DNA from: Patescibacteria group bacterium
GTDB taxonomy: Bacteria; Patescibacteriota; Minisyncoccia; UBA6257; JAAZHW01
DNA length: 64,000 bases
Assembly (NCBI GenBank): GCA_026415775.1
Contig: JAOAGL010000001.1
Span: 6,282-70,281, forward strand
Direction of reading: 5' to 3'
The first letter of the stretch is position 1, and every line of letters begins with the position of its first letter. The position numbers and the translations under genes are program-made. A model generated the notes under the pieces. It worked only from the letters and a program-made list of their open reading frames with translations. It did not search any database and was not told where the DNA came from. Positions 19,160 to 29,495 of the stretch are shown one piece after another.

Positions 19160-21370
19160 ATGCAGGAAATGGATAAAATTTATAATCATTTAGCAGTGGA
19201 GAAAAAAATTTATGAGAGCTGGGAAAAATCCGGCTATTTTAATCCAAATAAATTACCAACCAAAAGCAATAAAACTTTTACTATTATTATGCCACCGCCT
19301 AATGCTAATGGCGCGCTTCATTTAGGACATGCCTTAACAACAACCCTGGAAGATATAATGATTCGCTATAAAAGGATGCGCGGATTTAAAACACTCTGGC
19401 TACCTGGTGCTGACCATGCAGGTTTTGAAACGCAAGTAGTTTTTGAAAAGAAACTTGAAAAAGAAGGCTCCAGTCGCTTTGAAATTTTAAAACAAGAAGG
19501 TGGACGCGAAAAATTATATCAGATGATTTGGGATTTTACGCAAAGTAATAAAGTTAATATGGAAAATCAATTGCGACAATTAGGAGCTTCCTGTGATTGG
19601 TCTCGCGAAAAATTTACACTTGACCCATCAATTATTAAAGTAGTTTATGAAACATTTAAAAAACTTTATGAGGATGGCTTAATTTATAAAGCAAATCGCA
19701 TCATTAATTGGTGTCCGAAACATCAAACAGCCCTTTCTGATTTAGAAATAGCCTGGGAAGAAAGAAAGGATAAACTTTACTATGTAAAATATTTCCTCGA
19801 AGATGACCCCTCGGAATTTCTAATTGTTGCAACAACACGACCAGAAACTATTCCCGCTGATATGGCTATTGCTGTACATCCGCATGATAAGAGATATAAA
19901 AATTGGATTGGGAAAAAACTAATAAATCCTCTAATTAAAAACCGAGGAAAATATGGTGATAGCATTGAAATTATTGCCGATGAACTAGTTGATAAAGATT
20001 TTGGCACTGGTGCCTTAAAAATTACACCAGCTCATGACCCTGTTGATTTTGAAATAGGCCTTAAACACAACCTGCCCCTTGATTACCAAATTATTGATTG
20101 GGATGGAAAGATGAATAATCTGGCTAATGAACTTAATGGTCTAAAACCAGAGCCAGCGAGAGAATTATCAATTAAAATTCTTGAAGAAAATAGCGCGTTA
20201 GAAAAAATTGAAGAATATTCCCACAAAGTCCCTCTTTGTTATAAATGCAAATCAGTTATTGAGCCATTACCACGCAAGCAATGGTTTTTGAGAATGACCA
20301 CCCCACCTAAAAGCGGCAAAAAATCTTTGCGCGATTTAGCTGTAGAAGCCGTCAAAAGTGGAAAAATAAAATTTGTCACTAAACGCTTTGAAAAAATTTT
20401 TTATCATTGGATGAAAAATATTAAAGATTGGAATATCTCTCGCCAAATCGTTTGGGGTATTCCTATTCCTGTTTGGTACTGTAATGATTGTGGTACTGAA
20501 ATTGTTCATATTGAGAAAAAACCTATTGTTCAATGTCCAAAATGTCATAGTAAAAATTTAACAAAAGAAAGTGATGTTTTTGATACGTGGTTCTCCTCGG
20601 GTCAATGGCCATTCGCTACTTTAGGTTATCCAAACAATTCGGATTTTAAAAAATTCTATCCAACCGACGTAATGGAGACAGGATGGGATATTCTTTTCTT
20701 CTGGGTAGCAAGAATGATTATGTTTGGTTTATACAGAACTGGGAAACCACCTTTTAATTATGTCTATCTTCATGGATTAATTCGCGATAAAGAACGCCAA
20801 AAAATGTCAAAATCAAAGGGCAATGTTATTGATCCTTTGGGCGTTGTTGATTTATATGGCGTTGATGCTTTAAGAATGGCTTTGGTTGTTGGCACGGCGC
20901 CTGGTAATGACCCGATTATTTCTGAAGAAAAAATCCGCGGTTATCGTAATTTTTCCAATAAAATTTGGAATGCTTCGCGATTTGTTTTAATGAATCTTTC
21001 TGATTACAATCCGAAGAGAAAAATTAGTTTAAGTACAAAAGATAAAAAAATATTAACGCAATTAGAAAAATTTGTTTTGGAAATAACAAAAGATATGGAA
21101 AACTTTCGTTTTCATCGCGCCTCAGAAAAACTCTATCAATATTTCTGGCATACTTTTGCTGATAAAATTATTGAACAAAGCAAGCCGCGACTTCAAAACC
21201 CAAAAGAACGCCCTCAAACGCAATATCTTCTTTTAACCATTCTCTCAACGCTTCTAAAAATGCTTCATCCTTTTATGCCTTTTATCACTGAAGCCGTTTA
21301 TCAACAGCTGCCAAATAAAAATAAAAAGTTTATAATGATTGAAGAGTGGCCCTCGAAAATAAAATCTTAA
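19160..21370 (+). CDS. valS: Valine--tRNA ligase (no C-terminal coiled coil)
   Basis: PPPNANGALHLGHA, ATTRPET, DWNISRQIVWG, DTWFSS, KMSKS motifs. Confidence 0.97.
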   Translation: MQEMDKIYNHLAVEKKIYESWEKSGYFNPNKLPTKSNKTFTIIMPPPNANGALHLGHALTTTLEDIMIRYKRMRGFKTLWLPGADHAGFETQVVFEKKLEKEGSSRFEILKQEGGREKLYQMIWDFTQSNKVNMENQLRQLGASCDWSREKFTLDPSIIKVVYETFKKLYEDGLIYKANRIINWCPKHQTALSDLEIAWEERKDKLYYVKYFLEDDPSEFLIVATTRPETIPADMAIAVHPHDKRYKNWIGKKLINPLIKNRGKYGDSIEIIADELVDKDFGTGALKITPAHDPVDFEIGLKHNLPLDYQIIDWDGKMNNLANELNGLKPEPARELSIKILEENSALEKIEEYSHKVPLCYKCKSVIEPLPRKQWFLRMTTPPKSGKKSLRDLAVEAVKSGKIKFVTKRFEKIFYHWMKNIKDWNISRQIVWGIPIPVWYCNDCGTEIVHIEKKPIVQCPKCHSKNLTKESDVFDTWFSSGQWPFATLGYPNNSDFKKFYPTDVMETGWDILFFWVARMIMFGLYRTGKPPFNYVYLHGLIRDKERQKMSKSKGNVIDPLGVVDLYGVDALRMALVVGTAPGNDPIISEEKIRGYRNFSNKIWNASRFVLMNLSDYNPKRKISLSTKDKKILTQLEKFVLEITKDMENFRFHRASEKLYQYFWHTFADKIIEQSKPRLQNPKERPQTQYLLLTILSTLLKMLHPFMPFITEAVYQQLPNKNKKFIMIEEWPSKIKS

Positions 21371-21371
21371 T

Positions 21372-22139
21372 ATGCCCACTATCTTACATATTATTTTTCT
21401 TGTCAGTTTAGCTCTTTTGCCCAGCCTTATTTGGTTGGGTTATTATTTAAAAAGAGATGATCGCCCCGAACCGCGATATCGCCTAATAATAACTTTCTGC
21501 TGCGGAGTTTTGATAACTTTTTTTGCTGCTTTTGCTGAAGGACTCTTAGCTAAAACCTCTTCTTTTTTAAATAGCATTAACCTCTCAACAATTATTTTCT
21601 TTTTTGCTTTTCCATTTATTGAAGAGATTAGTAAATTTTTGGCTACTGTAATTAGTAATTTTAAAAATCGTTTTTTTGGCGACGAATATACCGATCCGAT
21701 GGTTTATAGCATTACTGCGGCTTTGGGTTTCGCAGCCGCTGAAAATCTAAAAGTATGCCTATCTATCCTTGAAGAAAATGCTGTTGCCTTAAAAATGCCT
21801 CTGTTGGCTAATTTAACCATTCCATCATTAATTTTGAATACGCTTGTTATTACTATTTTTATTCGTTTTCTTTCGGCTGTTTTCCTTCACGCCAATGCTT
21901 CTTCAATTTATGGATATTTTTGGGGCATTGGTTTAATTCTAAAAAAAGACAAAAAAATGAAATTTTTAATGCTTACTTTTGGAATTATAATGGCCACTCT
22001 TTTGCATTCTTTTTATAATTATCTTATAATGAAAACGGGTGAGAATTTATATTTTGCTTTAATAGTCATTCTACTTTTAATTGTTACTAATTACATAATG
22101 AGTCGCGCTTTTAAACAATTAAAATCTTATCAACAATAA
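21372..22139 (+). CDS. PrsW family intramembrane glutamic/metalloprotease
   Basis: IEEISKF, GFAAAEN, LHA and LHSFYN motifs in a multi-TM protein. Confidence 0.88.
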   Translation: MPTILHIIFLVSLALLPSLIWLGYYLKRDDRPEPRYRLIITFCCGVLITFFAAFAEGLLAKTSSFLNSINLSTIIFFFAFPFIEEISKFLATVISNFKNRFFGDEYTDPMVYSITAALGFAAAENLKVCLSILEENAVALKMPLLANLTIPSLILNTLVITIFIRFLSAVFLHANASSIYGYFWGIGLILKKDKKMKFLMLTFGIIMATLLHSFYNYLIMKTGENLYFALIVILLLIVTNYIMSRAFKQLKSYQQ

Positions 22140-22140
22140 T

Positions 22141-22572
22141 ATGGCATTTAGATTTTTTAAAACCAAAGGTGAAGAGGAAGAAAAAAACATTACAATTAAA
22201 AATCATCTACGCCCCACCGAAGAAGAGGATGTTTTGGAGGGCGAAGGTCAATTAATGGTTGATGTTTATCAGACACCAACAGAAATTGTTATAAAATCGG
22301 CTGTGGCAGGAGTTAAACCAGAAGATATTGATATTTCCATCGTTAACGATATGATTACCATCAAAGGAAAGAGAGAGTTAGACGAGACAGTGAGGAGTGA
22401 TGATTATTTTTATCAGGAATGCTATTGGGGTTCATTCAGCCGTTCAATCATTTTGCCCATTGAAATTGATGCGGATCGGGTCAATGCAAATTTAAAAAAC
22501 GGGATTTTAACTATTCGCCTGCCAAAAATTGATAAAAATAAAGTTAAAAAGGTAAAAATTAAATCTGAATAA
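22141..22572 (+). CDS. Hsp20/alpha-crystallin family protein
   Basis: VDVYQT, ECYWGSFSRSIILP, NGILTIRLPK. Confidence 0.93.
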   Translation: MAFRFFKTKGEEEEKNITIKNHLRPTEEEDVLEGEGQLMVDVYQTPTEIVIKSAVAGVKPEDIDISIVNDMITIKGKRELDETVRSDDYFYQECYWGSFSRSIILPIEIDADRVNANLKNGILTIRLPKIDKNKVKKVKIKSE

Positions 22573-22601
22573 AAAATCTCCCCCAAAGGGGGAGATTTTT
22601 T
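22571..22601. terminator. Bidirectional intrinsic terminator
   Basis: AAAAAATCTCCCCC-AAA-GGGGGAGATTTTTT. Confidence 0.88.
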
Positions 22602-22613
22602 ATTAAATTAAAT

Positions 22614-23135
22614 CTATTTTAGAAATTTTATTCTTGGTGAAATTTTTTCAACAAACCAAGCTGAAAAAACTCCAACAATTATTCCACCAACAATATCTAA
22701 AGGATAATGAACGCCTACATAAATGCGGGCAATGCCCATTAAAACACCCAAAACAATAAAGACTAGGCCTATTTTTTTATTAACCGAGGCCACAAAATAA
22801 ATTAAAGGAAAAATAAAAGTGATATGACCAGAAGGAAAAGAACCACTGATATCATGAGAAACTAGATTGTTCACCTGATGAGTCAAAAATGGTCTCGGGC
22901 GATAATAGAAAAATCTAATTATTTCTGTAATAATAGCGCGGGAGAAAATAATAGCAATAATTGGCTTAATAAATTCTTTCCATTGTTTTTGATAAATAAA
23001 AAATAAGTAAATTAAACCGAAAGCGGTCATAAAATAAATTAGATATTCTGCCAAAAAAATCATTAACTTATCAAACCATAAACATTGATTAGCCAAATTA
23101 TTTATTTTTTGAAAAATTAAATAATCAAAATTCAT
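22614..23135 (-). CDS. PAP2 family phosphatase (undecaprenyl-diphosphatase BcrC-like)
   Basis: RPRP, SFPSGH, ARIYVGVHYPLD motifs. Confidence 0.9.
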   Translation of the reverse strand: MNFDYLIFQKINNLANQCLWFDKLMIFLAEYLIYFMTAFGLIYLFFIYQKQWKEFIKPIIAIIFSRAIITEIIRFFYYRPRPFLTHQVNNLVSHDISGSFPSGHITFIFPLIYFVASVNKKIGLVFIVLGVLMGIARIYVGVHYPLDIVGGIIVGVFSAWFVEKISPRIKFLK

Positions 23136-24490
23136 AATTCAATTTGATAATGCGTTTTAACAAAATCGACCATTTTTAAAATATCCGATTTAACATCATC
23201 GGATTTTAAAGCAATAAAAACTATTGGTCGTTTCTCACCATTAAATTGTAATTCAAAAACCGCCATCATTGTTTCTTTGCTGGCTTCAGTTTTCCCCATT
23301 TTACCGCCAACAAAATCATTATTATCAGCAAATAAATTTAAATTTTTCAATTCATAGATAGGTTGGCCGTAATAGGTATTATCAAAAATTCCTTTGGTCA
23401 TTTTTAAAATAAAACTGCGGTTAAAGTAAAGATAGCGGGCTAATTGATAGAGGTCGGTCGGAGTTGAAACATTCTCACTCGCAGCGCCATTTGGATCAAC
23501 AAAACGCGTATTAATCATTCCGATACTTCTCGCAATATTATTCATCCAATCAATCACCTTGTCTGCGCCTAAATATTGAGAAAGCGTTATACCCGCTTCA
23601 TTGGATGATTCAACTAAAAGCAAGGCCAATAAATCAAAAACGGAAATTTTTTGCCCAACTTTTAATCTTGGAATAGAAGTAAAAACTATCGCTTCTTTGG
23701 GTACAATAATATTGTATTCCAAAAAAGTATGGTCTAAAACCGTTAAGGCTGTAATTAATTTGGTAATCGAAGCAATAGGAAATTGTTGATTTTTATTTTT
23801 TTCTAAAAAAACAAAATTATTTTTTAAATCAACCGCCAAATAAGCTTCAGCAGATAATTCAGGAATTGAATAACGGTAACTGGAATTTTCAGCTAATAAA
23901 TCTTTTTTAAATACCAAAACGGGCATATCAACCTCAGTTAAATCATAAATTTTTTTCGCATCTTCATCAAATAAACGAATACAGCCGCCAGAATAAGAAC
24001 TATCAACCTTTCTCCCATTTGGATAATAAGGCCAACCGTGAATTAAAAAATTCCCCTCAAAAACTAAGGCATAATTCATATAAACATTGGCTAATTTAGA
24101 ATAAGCCTTGTTAAACTTTGCTTCAATTTTGTAAAACCCCACCGGTGTTTCAAACCAAGAACCCACTCGTCCTTTAGCAATAATTGGAACATTTTCTATT
24201 GCCTCGCCATTTTTATAAACTGTTATTTTCATTTCGTCTAAATCAGCTAAAAGAAAATCCATTTTTTGATTCATCATTTTTGTTAAAACATTATGAAAAA
24301 AATTGACATCGCCCAGTTCTGGCCAAATGCCATATTGAAATTCAATATCTTTATTTTCTCCATTGTTCAGTTGAATATGATATTGTTTTATTTCCTTTCT
24401 AGGAAAATAATAAAAAAGTCCAATGATACTGGCGCCCACAATTAAAATCCCCAAAATTAATCCTAAAGAAATTTTTTTTGTTTGATTCAT
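23132..24490 (-). CDS. L,D-transpeptidase (YkuD) fused to D-alanyl-D-alanine carboxypeptidase (S11)
   Basis: N-terminal TM; ETPVG, IHGWPY...SGGCIRL (YkuD His/Cys); ASITKL (SxxK), SSN (SxN), GKMG (KTG-like). Confidence 0.85.
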   Translation of the reverse strand: MNQTKKISLGLILGILIVGASIIGLFYYFPRKEIKQYHIQLNNGENKDIEFQYGIWPELGDVNFFHNVLTKMMNQKMDFLLADLDEMKITVYKNGEAIENVPIIAKGRVGSWFETPVGFYKIEAKFNKAYSKLANVYMNYALVFEGNFLIHGWPYYPNGRKVDSSYSGGCIRLFDEDAKKIYDLTEVDMPVLVFKKDLLAENSSYRYSIPELSAEAYLAVDLKNNFVFLEKNKNQQFPIASITKLITALTVLDHTFLEYNIIVPKEAIVFTSIPRLKVGQKISVFDLLALLLVESSNEAGITLSQYLGADKVIDWMNNIARSIGMINTRFVDPNGAASENVSTPTDLYQLARYLYFNRSFILKMTKGIFDNTYYGQPIYELKNLNLFADNNDFVGGKMGKTEASKETMMAVFELQFNGEKRPIVFIALKSDDVKSDILKMVDFVKTHYQIEL

Positions 24491-25116
24491 AAAACAATAA
24501 CTTTTCGACCATCAATTTTTATTCGGCCCTCAGCAAATGCTTTTATACCTTCGCATAAAATTTCCTCCTCTTTTTGATGAATTTTTTCTTCTAAACTTTC
24601 AATAGTGTCGTCATTTTTAACTTCAACGGCGCGTTGAAAAATAATTGGCCCCGTATCAACACCCTCATCAACAAAATGCAAAGTACATCCTGTTATTTTC
24701 ACTCCATAATCCAAAGCTTGCTTAGGAGCATCCAACCCCGGAAAAGAAGGACACAAAGAAGGATGGATATTTATTACAGCATTGGGGAAATTTTTAAGAA
24801 ATGCTTGCGAAACCACCAAATCCCATCCTGCCATCACCACTAAATTAATATTCCTTTCTTTTAAAATTTTTGCTAATTCTTCATCAAATAATTGTCTATC
24901 TTTACCTTGCAATTTCCAATCGCTCAAACGAAAATAAAAAGCTTCAATGCCTTGCGTTTTTGCCCATTCAATACCCGGAGATTCTTTTTTATGCGAAATA
25001 ACAACTGCTAATTCGATTAGAGGATGATTTTTGCAACATTCATAAATGGCTTTCAAGCGCCCCCCTCTTCCTATTAATGCCGCAACGCGGCAATGATTTC
25101 TTTGAGAAATAGACAT
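24487..25116 (-). CDS. purN: Phosphoribosylglycinamide formyltransferase
   Basis: GRGG, MAGW, NIHPSLCPSFPG, GCTLHFVDEGVDTGPII. Confidence 0.88.
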   Translation of the reverse strand: MSISQRNHCRVAALIGRGGRLKAIYECCKNHPLIELAVVISHKKESPGIEWAKTQGIEAFYFRLSDWKLQGKDRQLFDEELAKILKERNINLVVMAGWDLVVSQAFLKNFPNAVINIHPSLCPSFPGLDAPKQALDYGVKITGCTLHFVDEGVDTGPIIFQRAVEVKNDDTIESLEEKIHQKEEEILCEGIKAFAEGRIKIDGRKVIVL

Positions 25117-25124
25117 AAAAAAAT

Positions 25125-25694
25125 TTATTTTTTATCGTCGGTCTCTTCTTTCCCAGTTTCTGTTTTGCGCTGTTCCACTAATTGTCTAAAATAATCGGCT
25201 AGCAATGCTGATTCTGTTTTTCTAAAAGCTATTTCAGCGCCAATTTGCATCATTTCTTCATTTTTTGTTTCCGAACTACTAAATCCAATGATTTTGATTT
25301 GACTAGTTAAATCTCTTATTTGCTGAACAACAATTGGACCGCTATTTAATTCTTCTTCGTCTAAGTCTAAATAACCGTCAACCAAAATAATGCCTGGCAA
25401 ATTTTCTTTATTTTCTATTCGCTTTTTTAATTCATCAAGCGCTTCTTTGGCGGTATCAAAATGCCTGAATTGATATCCCAATCCTCGTGTTTTAACTTCG
25501 AATAATCTTAAACACGCCTCAACAACATTTTTATCATCATCAATAATCCAAACTTCATGATTATTTAACTCCATTAAATCTGGTTTATGCGCGTTGTTTG
25601 TCTTTTCGTTTTTATTTAATGGCACATCTGCTTCGTTTGGCAATTTATTAATTTTTGATTTCAAAAATTCAAATTTATTAACTAGATTAAACAT
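25125..25694 (-). CDS. Stand-alone response regulator receiver protein
   Basis: WIIDDD, ILVDG, IIGFSS, GA..AFRK receiver motifs. Confidence 0.75.
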   Translation of the reverse strand: MFNLVNKFEFLKSKINKLPNEADVPLNKNEKTNNAHKPDLMELNNHEVWIIDDDKNVVEACLRLFEVKTRGLGYQFRHFDTAKEALDELKKRIENKENLPGIILVDGYLDLDEEELNSGPIVVQQIRDLTSQIKIIGFSSSETKNEEMMQIGAEIAFRKTESALLADYFRQLVEQRKTETGKEETDDKK

Positions 25695-25733
25695 ATGAAA
25701 TTATTATATCAAATAATCCAAAATCTAAAAGAG

Positions 25734-25822
25734 CGGTGGGGGCGAGACTCGAACTCGCATGTCCGCTCATCACGGACCCCGCTTTTCGAGAGCGGTGCCT
25801 TACCAATTCGGCGCACCCCACC
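25734..25822 (-). tRNA. tRNA-Ser(CGA)
   Basis: GGTGGGG/CCCCACC acceptor, CCGCT-CTCGAAA-AGCGG anticodon arm, long variable arm, GCGAG-TTCGAGT-CTCGC T arm, G discriminator; CCA not encoded. Confidence 0.92.
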
Positions 25823-25835
25823 AATTTTTAAAATT

Positions 25836-27284
25836 CTATTCTAATTCAAAGGTTTGTCCATAATCCGGCACTTCAGTAACAATGCCAAAATTATCTCTGC
25901 TTTTTTGAGCTAATTCTTTTGCGGCGTCTTCTTCACCATGAACAATAAATAACTTCTTGATACGAAATCTTAATTCTTTTATCCAATCTAAAAGCATTCT
26001 TTGATCAGCATGGGCTGAATAACCCGTAATTTGCGCTACTTTGCAATTAACATTAATTAATTCATTGTGAATTTCAACCTGCTTTGCGCCTTCAAGAATT
26101 TTTCTTCCCAAAGAATTTTTAGCCTGATAAGAAACAATTAAAATGATGCTATGCGGATCGGCCAAATATCTTTTCTCGTGATGCAAAATGCGACCGCCCT
26201 CTGACGAACCAGAACCAGCTAAAATAACCTTAGGAGGAGGAACAGCATTAATGGCTTTGGATTCTTCTGTTGTTAAAGTAAAAGTTAAACCTGGAAATTC
26301 AAATAATCCCCTACCATTTCCCACAAATTTAAATGCCTCAATTTTAATATAATCCAAGTATTTCTGGTAAATTTCAGTTAATTTACTTGCCAAAGGACTA
26401 TCCATAAAAATCGGCACCAAAGGAATTCGATGATGAACTACTAATTCATTTAATTCAACTAAAATCTCTTGGGTGCGTTCTAATGCTAAAACCGGAATCA
26501 TTAATACTCCTCTATTGCGAATTACCTCTTCAATGGCATCTTCTAATAAATCTTTCCGAATTTCCGCATCTTCATGAAATCGATTCCCATATGTTGATTC
26601 AACAACACAATAATCGGCTTCTTCGCTAATAATATCAGTATCGGGCAATAAGATATTAAATGAATTACCCAAATCACCCGAAAATAGAATTTTAACTTCT
26701 TTATCAGATTTTTTAACTTTCAACAAAACTATAGCAGAACCCAAAATATGACCAGCATTATAAAAGATAAAAGAAATTCTGGGGGAAATTTTTACTTCTT
26801 GATAGTAATTTTGCGGACTAAATAATTTCAGAGTTTCCTTCATTTCTGTTTCGGTATAAAGTAATGGTAACCCCTGTTTTTCAGCTGCCTCCTTCATTAA
26901 ATTAAAAGCATCCTCCCATAAAACAGCGCAACAATCAATTGTTGGCGGCGTGGCATATATTTTCCCGCGAAAGCCATTTTTATACAAAACAGGCGCTAGA
27001 CCGCTATGATCAATGTGGGCATGGGTTAAAATAATTGTTTTTAATTCTTTTGGGTCGAAGGGGGTTGGTTCATAATTTCTTTCATTTCTTACATCACGAT
27101 AAATTCCGCAGTCAATCAAAACTTTTTCATTTTTATACTCTACCAAAAAACGACTTCCTTCAACTTCTTTCGCCGCGCCATAAAAAGAAATTTTTATTTT
27201 GTCATTATTTTTTTTGTGGTTATTTTTAGAAATAACTTTGCGGTTTTTATTCTTTTTTGTATTATTATTTTTTTTCTTCGGCAC
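25836..27284 (-). CDS. MBL-fold/beta-CASP RNA-processing metallo-hydrolase
   Basis: LTHAHIDHSG, AGHILGS, FSGDLG, ESTYG, SAHAD, VHGE motifs. Confidence 0.92.
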   Translation of the reverse strand: MPKKKNNNTKKNKNRKVISKNNHKKNNDKIKISFYGAAKEVEGSRFLVEYKNEKVLIDCGIYRDVRNERNYEPTPFDPKELKTIILTHAHIDHSGLAPVLYKNGFRGKIYATPPTIDCCAVLWEDAFNLMKEAAEKQGLPLLYTETEMKETLKLFSPQNYYQEVKISPRISFIFYNAGHILGSAIVLLKVKKSDKEVKILFSGDLGNSFNILLPDTDIISEEADYCVVESTYGNRFHEDAEIRKDLLEDAIEEVIRNRGVLMIPVLALERTQEILVELNELVVHHRIPLVPIFMDSPLASKLTEIYQKYLDYIKIEAFKFVGNGRGLFEFPGLTFTLTTEESKAINAVPPPKVILAGSGSSEGGRILHHEKRYLADPHSIILIVSYQAKNSLGRKILEGAKQVEIHNELINVNCKVAQITGYSAHADQRMLLDWIKELRFRIKKLFIVHGEEDAAKELAQKSRDNFGIVTEVPDYGQTFELE

Positions 27285-27765
27285 TTTTTTGAAAATTTTT
27301 TATTAGTTCGACAGCATGAAGAAAAAGTTTTCGTGTATTAGGAAAAGTGGTTGTTTTTAAAGCTTCTTCAGTCGTTAACCATTTACCTTCAATATGTTCT
27401 GGTGATAATCGAATATTTTTTTCCTGTGTTTCTCCTAATAAAAAAATAACTTTTTTATAAATCCATTCTTTTCTGCCTGTATATTTGGCATTATTAAACC
27501 AATAGGTGATAGATTTTTGAAAATTTGGGTAAATTTTAAAATTTCTAATCCCTGTTTCTTCAAAAACCTCCCTTCTTATAGTTTCCTCTATTTTTTCATT
27601 TTTTTCAATATGCCCTTTCACAAAATCCCAATGTCCTGCTGGATAATGAAGCATTAACCACAAAATTTGTCCGTTCTCTTCTCTAAACAAAAAAATGCCA
27701 ACAGAAATTTCAAATTTTACTTTTTTCTTTTTTGGTTTTTTAAAATTTTTAACAATTCTGGCCAT
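27265..27765 (-). CDS. NUDIX hydrolase (bis(5'-nucleosyl)-tetraphosphatase-like)
   Basis: HWDFVKGHIEKNE...RREVFEETG Nudix box, LSPEH. Confidence 0.88.
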   Translation of the reverse strand: MARIVKNFKKPKKKKVKFEISVGIFLFREENGQILWLMLHYPAGHWDFVKGHIEKNEKIEETIRREVFEETGIRNFKIYPNFQKSITYWFNNAKYTGRKEWIYKKVIFLLGETQEKNIRLSPEHIEGKWLTTEEALKTTTFPNTRKLFLHAVELIKNFQKSAEEKK

Positions 27766-29471
27766 GGTCGTGTATTAATAATATCATCTTTAGTTGCCCA
27801 ACCTCGTCGCGCTTGGGCAATGCCGAATTTTAAATAACCAAGATGAGTAATAGAGTGAGCATCTGAATCAATTGATAATTTCACCCCCTTTTCAATGGCT
27901 TTTTTAATGTGTTCGTCTTTAAAGTCTAAACGGTCGGGGGAAGCGTTAATTTCGATACATTCTCCTCGTCTCGCGGCCTCCTCAATAATTCTATCAATAT
28001 CTATCTCATAAGCTGGTCTTCTTAAAAGTACTCGACCAGTCGGATGAAAAATAATATCAACCAATGGATTTTTAATTGCCTTGCAAATTCGTTCGGTCAT
28101 TTCTTTTTTGTTCATATTAAAATGAGAATGAACGGCAGCAGCGACAATGTCTAATTTTGCTAAAACTTCTTCTTTGATATCCAAAGAGCCGTCTTTTAAA
28201 ATATTTACTTCGGCGCTCTTTAAAATTTTAAATTTAATCCCTTCCTTTTCTAATTTTCGATTTAAGCTATCAATTTCCTTCATCTGTTTTAATAATTTTT
28301 GCTCATCGCAACCCCCTGTCATAGCCAAACTTTTAGTGTGATCAGTAATAGCAATATATTCTAATCCTAATTTAATCGCCTCCTCAACATATTCTCCAAT
28401 AGAATTTGCGCCGTCGCTCCAATTTGTTTGAATTTGTAAATCACCCCTGAGGTCATCGTAATTGATTAATTTTGGCAATTGATGTTTTTGAGCTAATTCT
28501 ATTTCTCCCCAATCCTCCCGCATTTCTGGTTCAATATAATCTAATCCAAGTTTTTCATAAATTTCTTCTTCTGTTTTACCAGCAATTTTAATTTCTTTGT
28601 TTTTATTAATTTTAAATAAACCGTATTCATTTAACTTATACCCCTTTTTTAGGGCAATTTCTCGTAAACGAATGCCGTGGTTTTTTGAACCAGTAAAATA
28701 ATTAAGTGCTGCTCCAAAAGATTCCTCAGGAACAACACGCAAATCAACATCTAAGCCATTATTCAAACGAATAGCGGATTTGGTTTCTCCATGCGCCACT
28801 ACCTGAAAAACATCTTTTAAATTGACAAAATAATCCATTACTATTTTAGGATTATCTGAAACCACTAGAATATCTAAATCTCCTATTGTCTCTTTCATTC
28901 TTCTTACCGAGCCAGCTGCTATAATTTTTTTCACTCCTTTTACTTTTTTTAATTGCGCAATAATTGATTCTATCTGTGGGTAAATAAAGCCGAGAATGAA
29001 TCGATTACCGCCCTGTTTCAAAAATTCAATGCTTTTCAAAATATTCTGCTCTGTTTTTTCACCAAAACCTTCAATATTTCTAATTTTTCCTTCCCGAGCT
29101 GCCTTTTCTAAATCAGTAATATTTTTAATTTTTAGTTTTTCATAAAGTTTTTTAAGTGACCTCGGCCCGATCCCTTCCACTCTTGATAAATTTTCCAAAT
29201 CGAGCGGATACTTTTTCTTTAAATTTTCATAATATTTTAATTTCCCGGTCTTCAACAATTCCTTGATTTTTTCAGCAATAGAAACACCAACCCCTGGAAT
29301 TTCTTCAATTCCTTTTACTCCTTGTTTCTGGTAAATCTCTTTCAACGGCTTATCTAATGCCTCAATACTCGATGCAGCTTTTTCATAGGCGCGAGGTTTG
29401 AAAGCTTCACCTTCCATCTCTAACAAAAAGGAGATTTCTGATAAAATTTTAGCAATCTCCCAATTTTCCAT
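27717..29471 (-). CDS. polX: DNA polymerase X with PHP domain
   Basis: AGSVRRMKETIGDLDIL, VDLR, YFTGSK, PEMRE, TDHT, HPTGR, DSDAH motifs. Confidence 0.94.
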   Translation of the reverse strand: MENWEIAKILSEISFLLEMEGEAFKPRAYEKAASSIEALDKPLKEIYQKQGVKGIEEIPGVGVSIAEKIKELLKTGKLKYYENLKKKYPLDLENLSRVEGIGPRSLKKLYEKLKIKNITDLEKAAREGKIRNIEGFGEKTEQNILKSIEFLKQGGNRFILGFIYPQIESIIAQLKKVKGVKKIIAAGSVRRMKETIGDLDILVVSDNPKIVMDYFVNLKDVFQVVAHGETKSAIRLNNGLDVDLRVVPEESFGAALNYFTGSKNHGIRLREIALKKGYKLNEYGLFKINKNKEIKIAGKTEEEIYEKLGLDYIEPEMREDWGEIELAQKHQLPKLINYDDLRGDLQIQTNWSDGANSIGEYVEEAIKLGLEYIAITDHTKSLAMTGGCDEQKLLKQMKEIDSLNRKLEKEGIKFKILKSAEVNILKDGSLDIKEEVLAKLDIVAAAVHSHFNMNKKEMTERICKAIKNPLVDIIFHPTGRVLLRRPAYEIDIDRIIEEAARRGECIEINASPDRLDFKDEHIKKAIEKGVKLSIDSDAHSITHLGYLKFGIAQARRGWATKDDIINTRPWPELLKILKNQKRKK

Positions 29472-29495
29472 TAATTTTATTATAACCTGCTTTAA

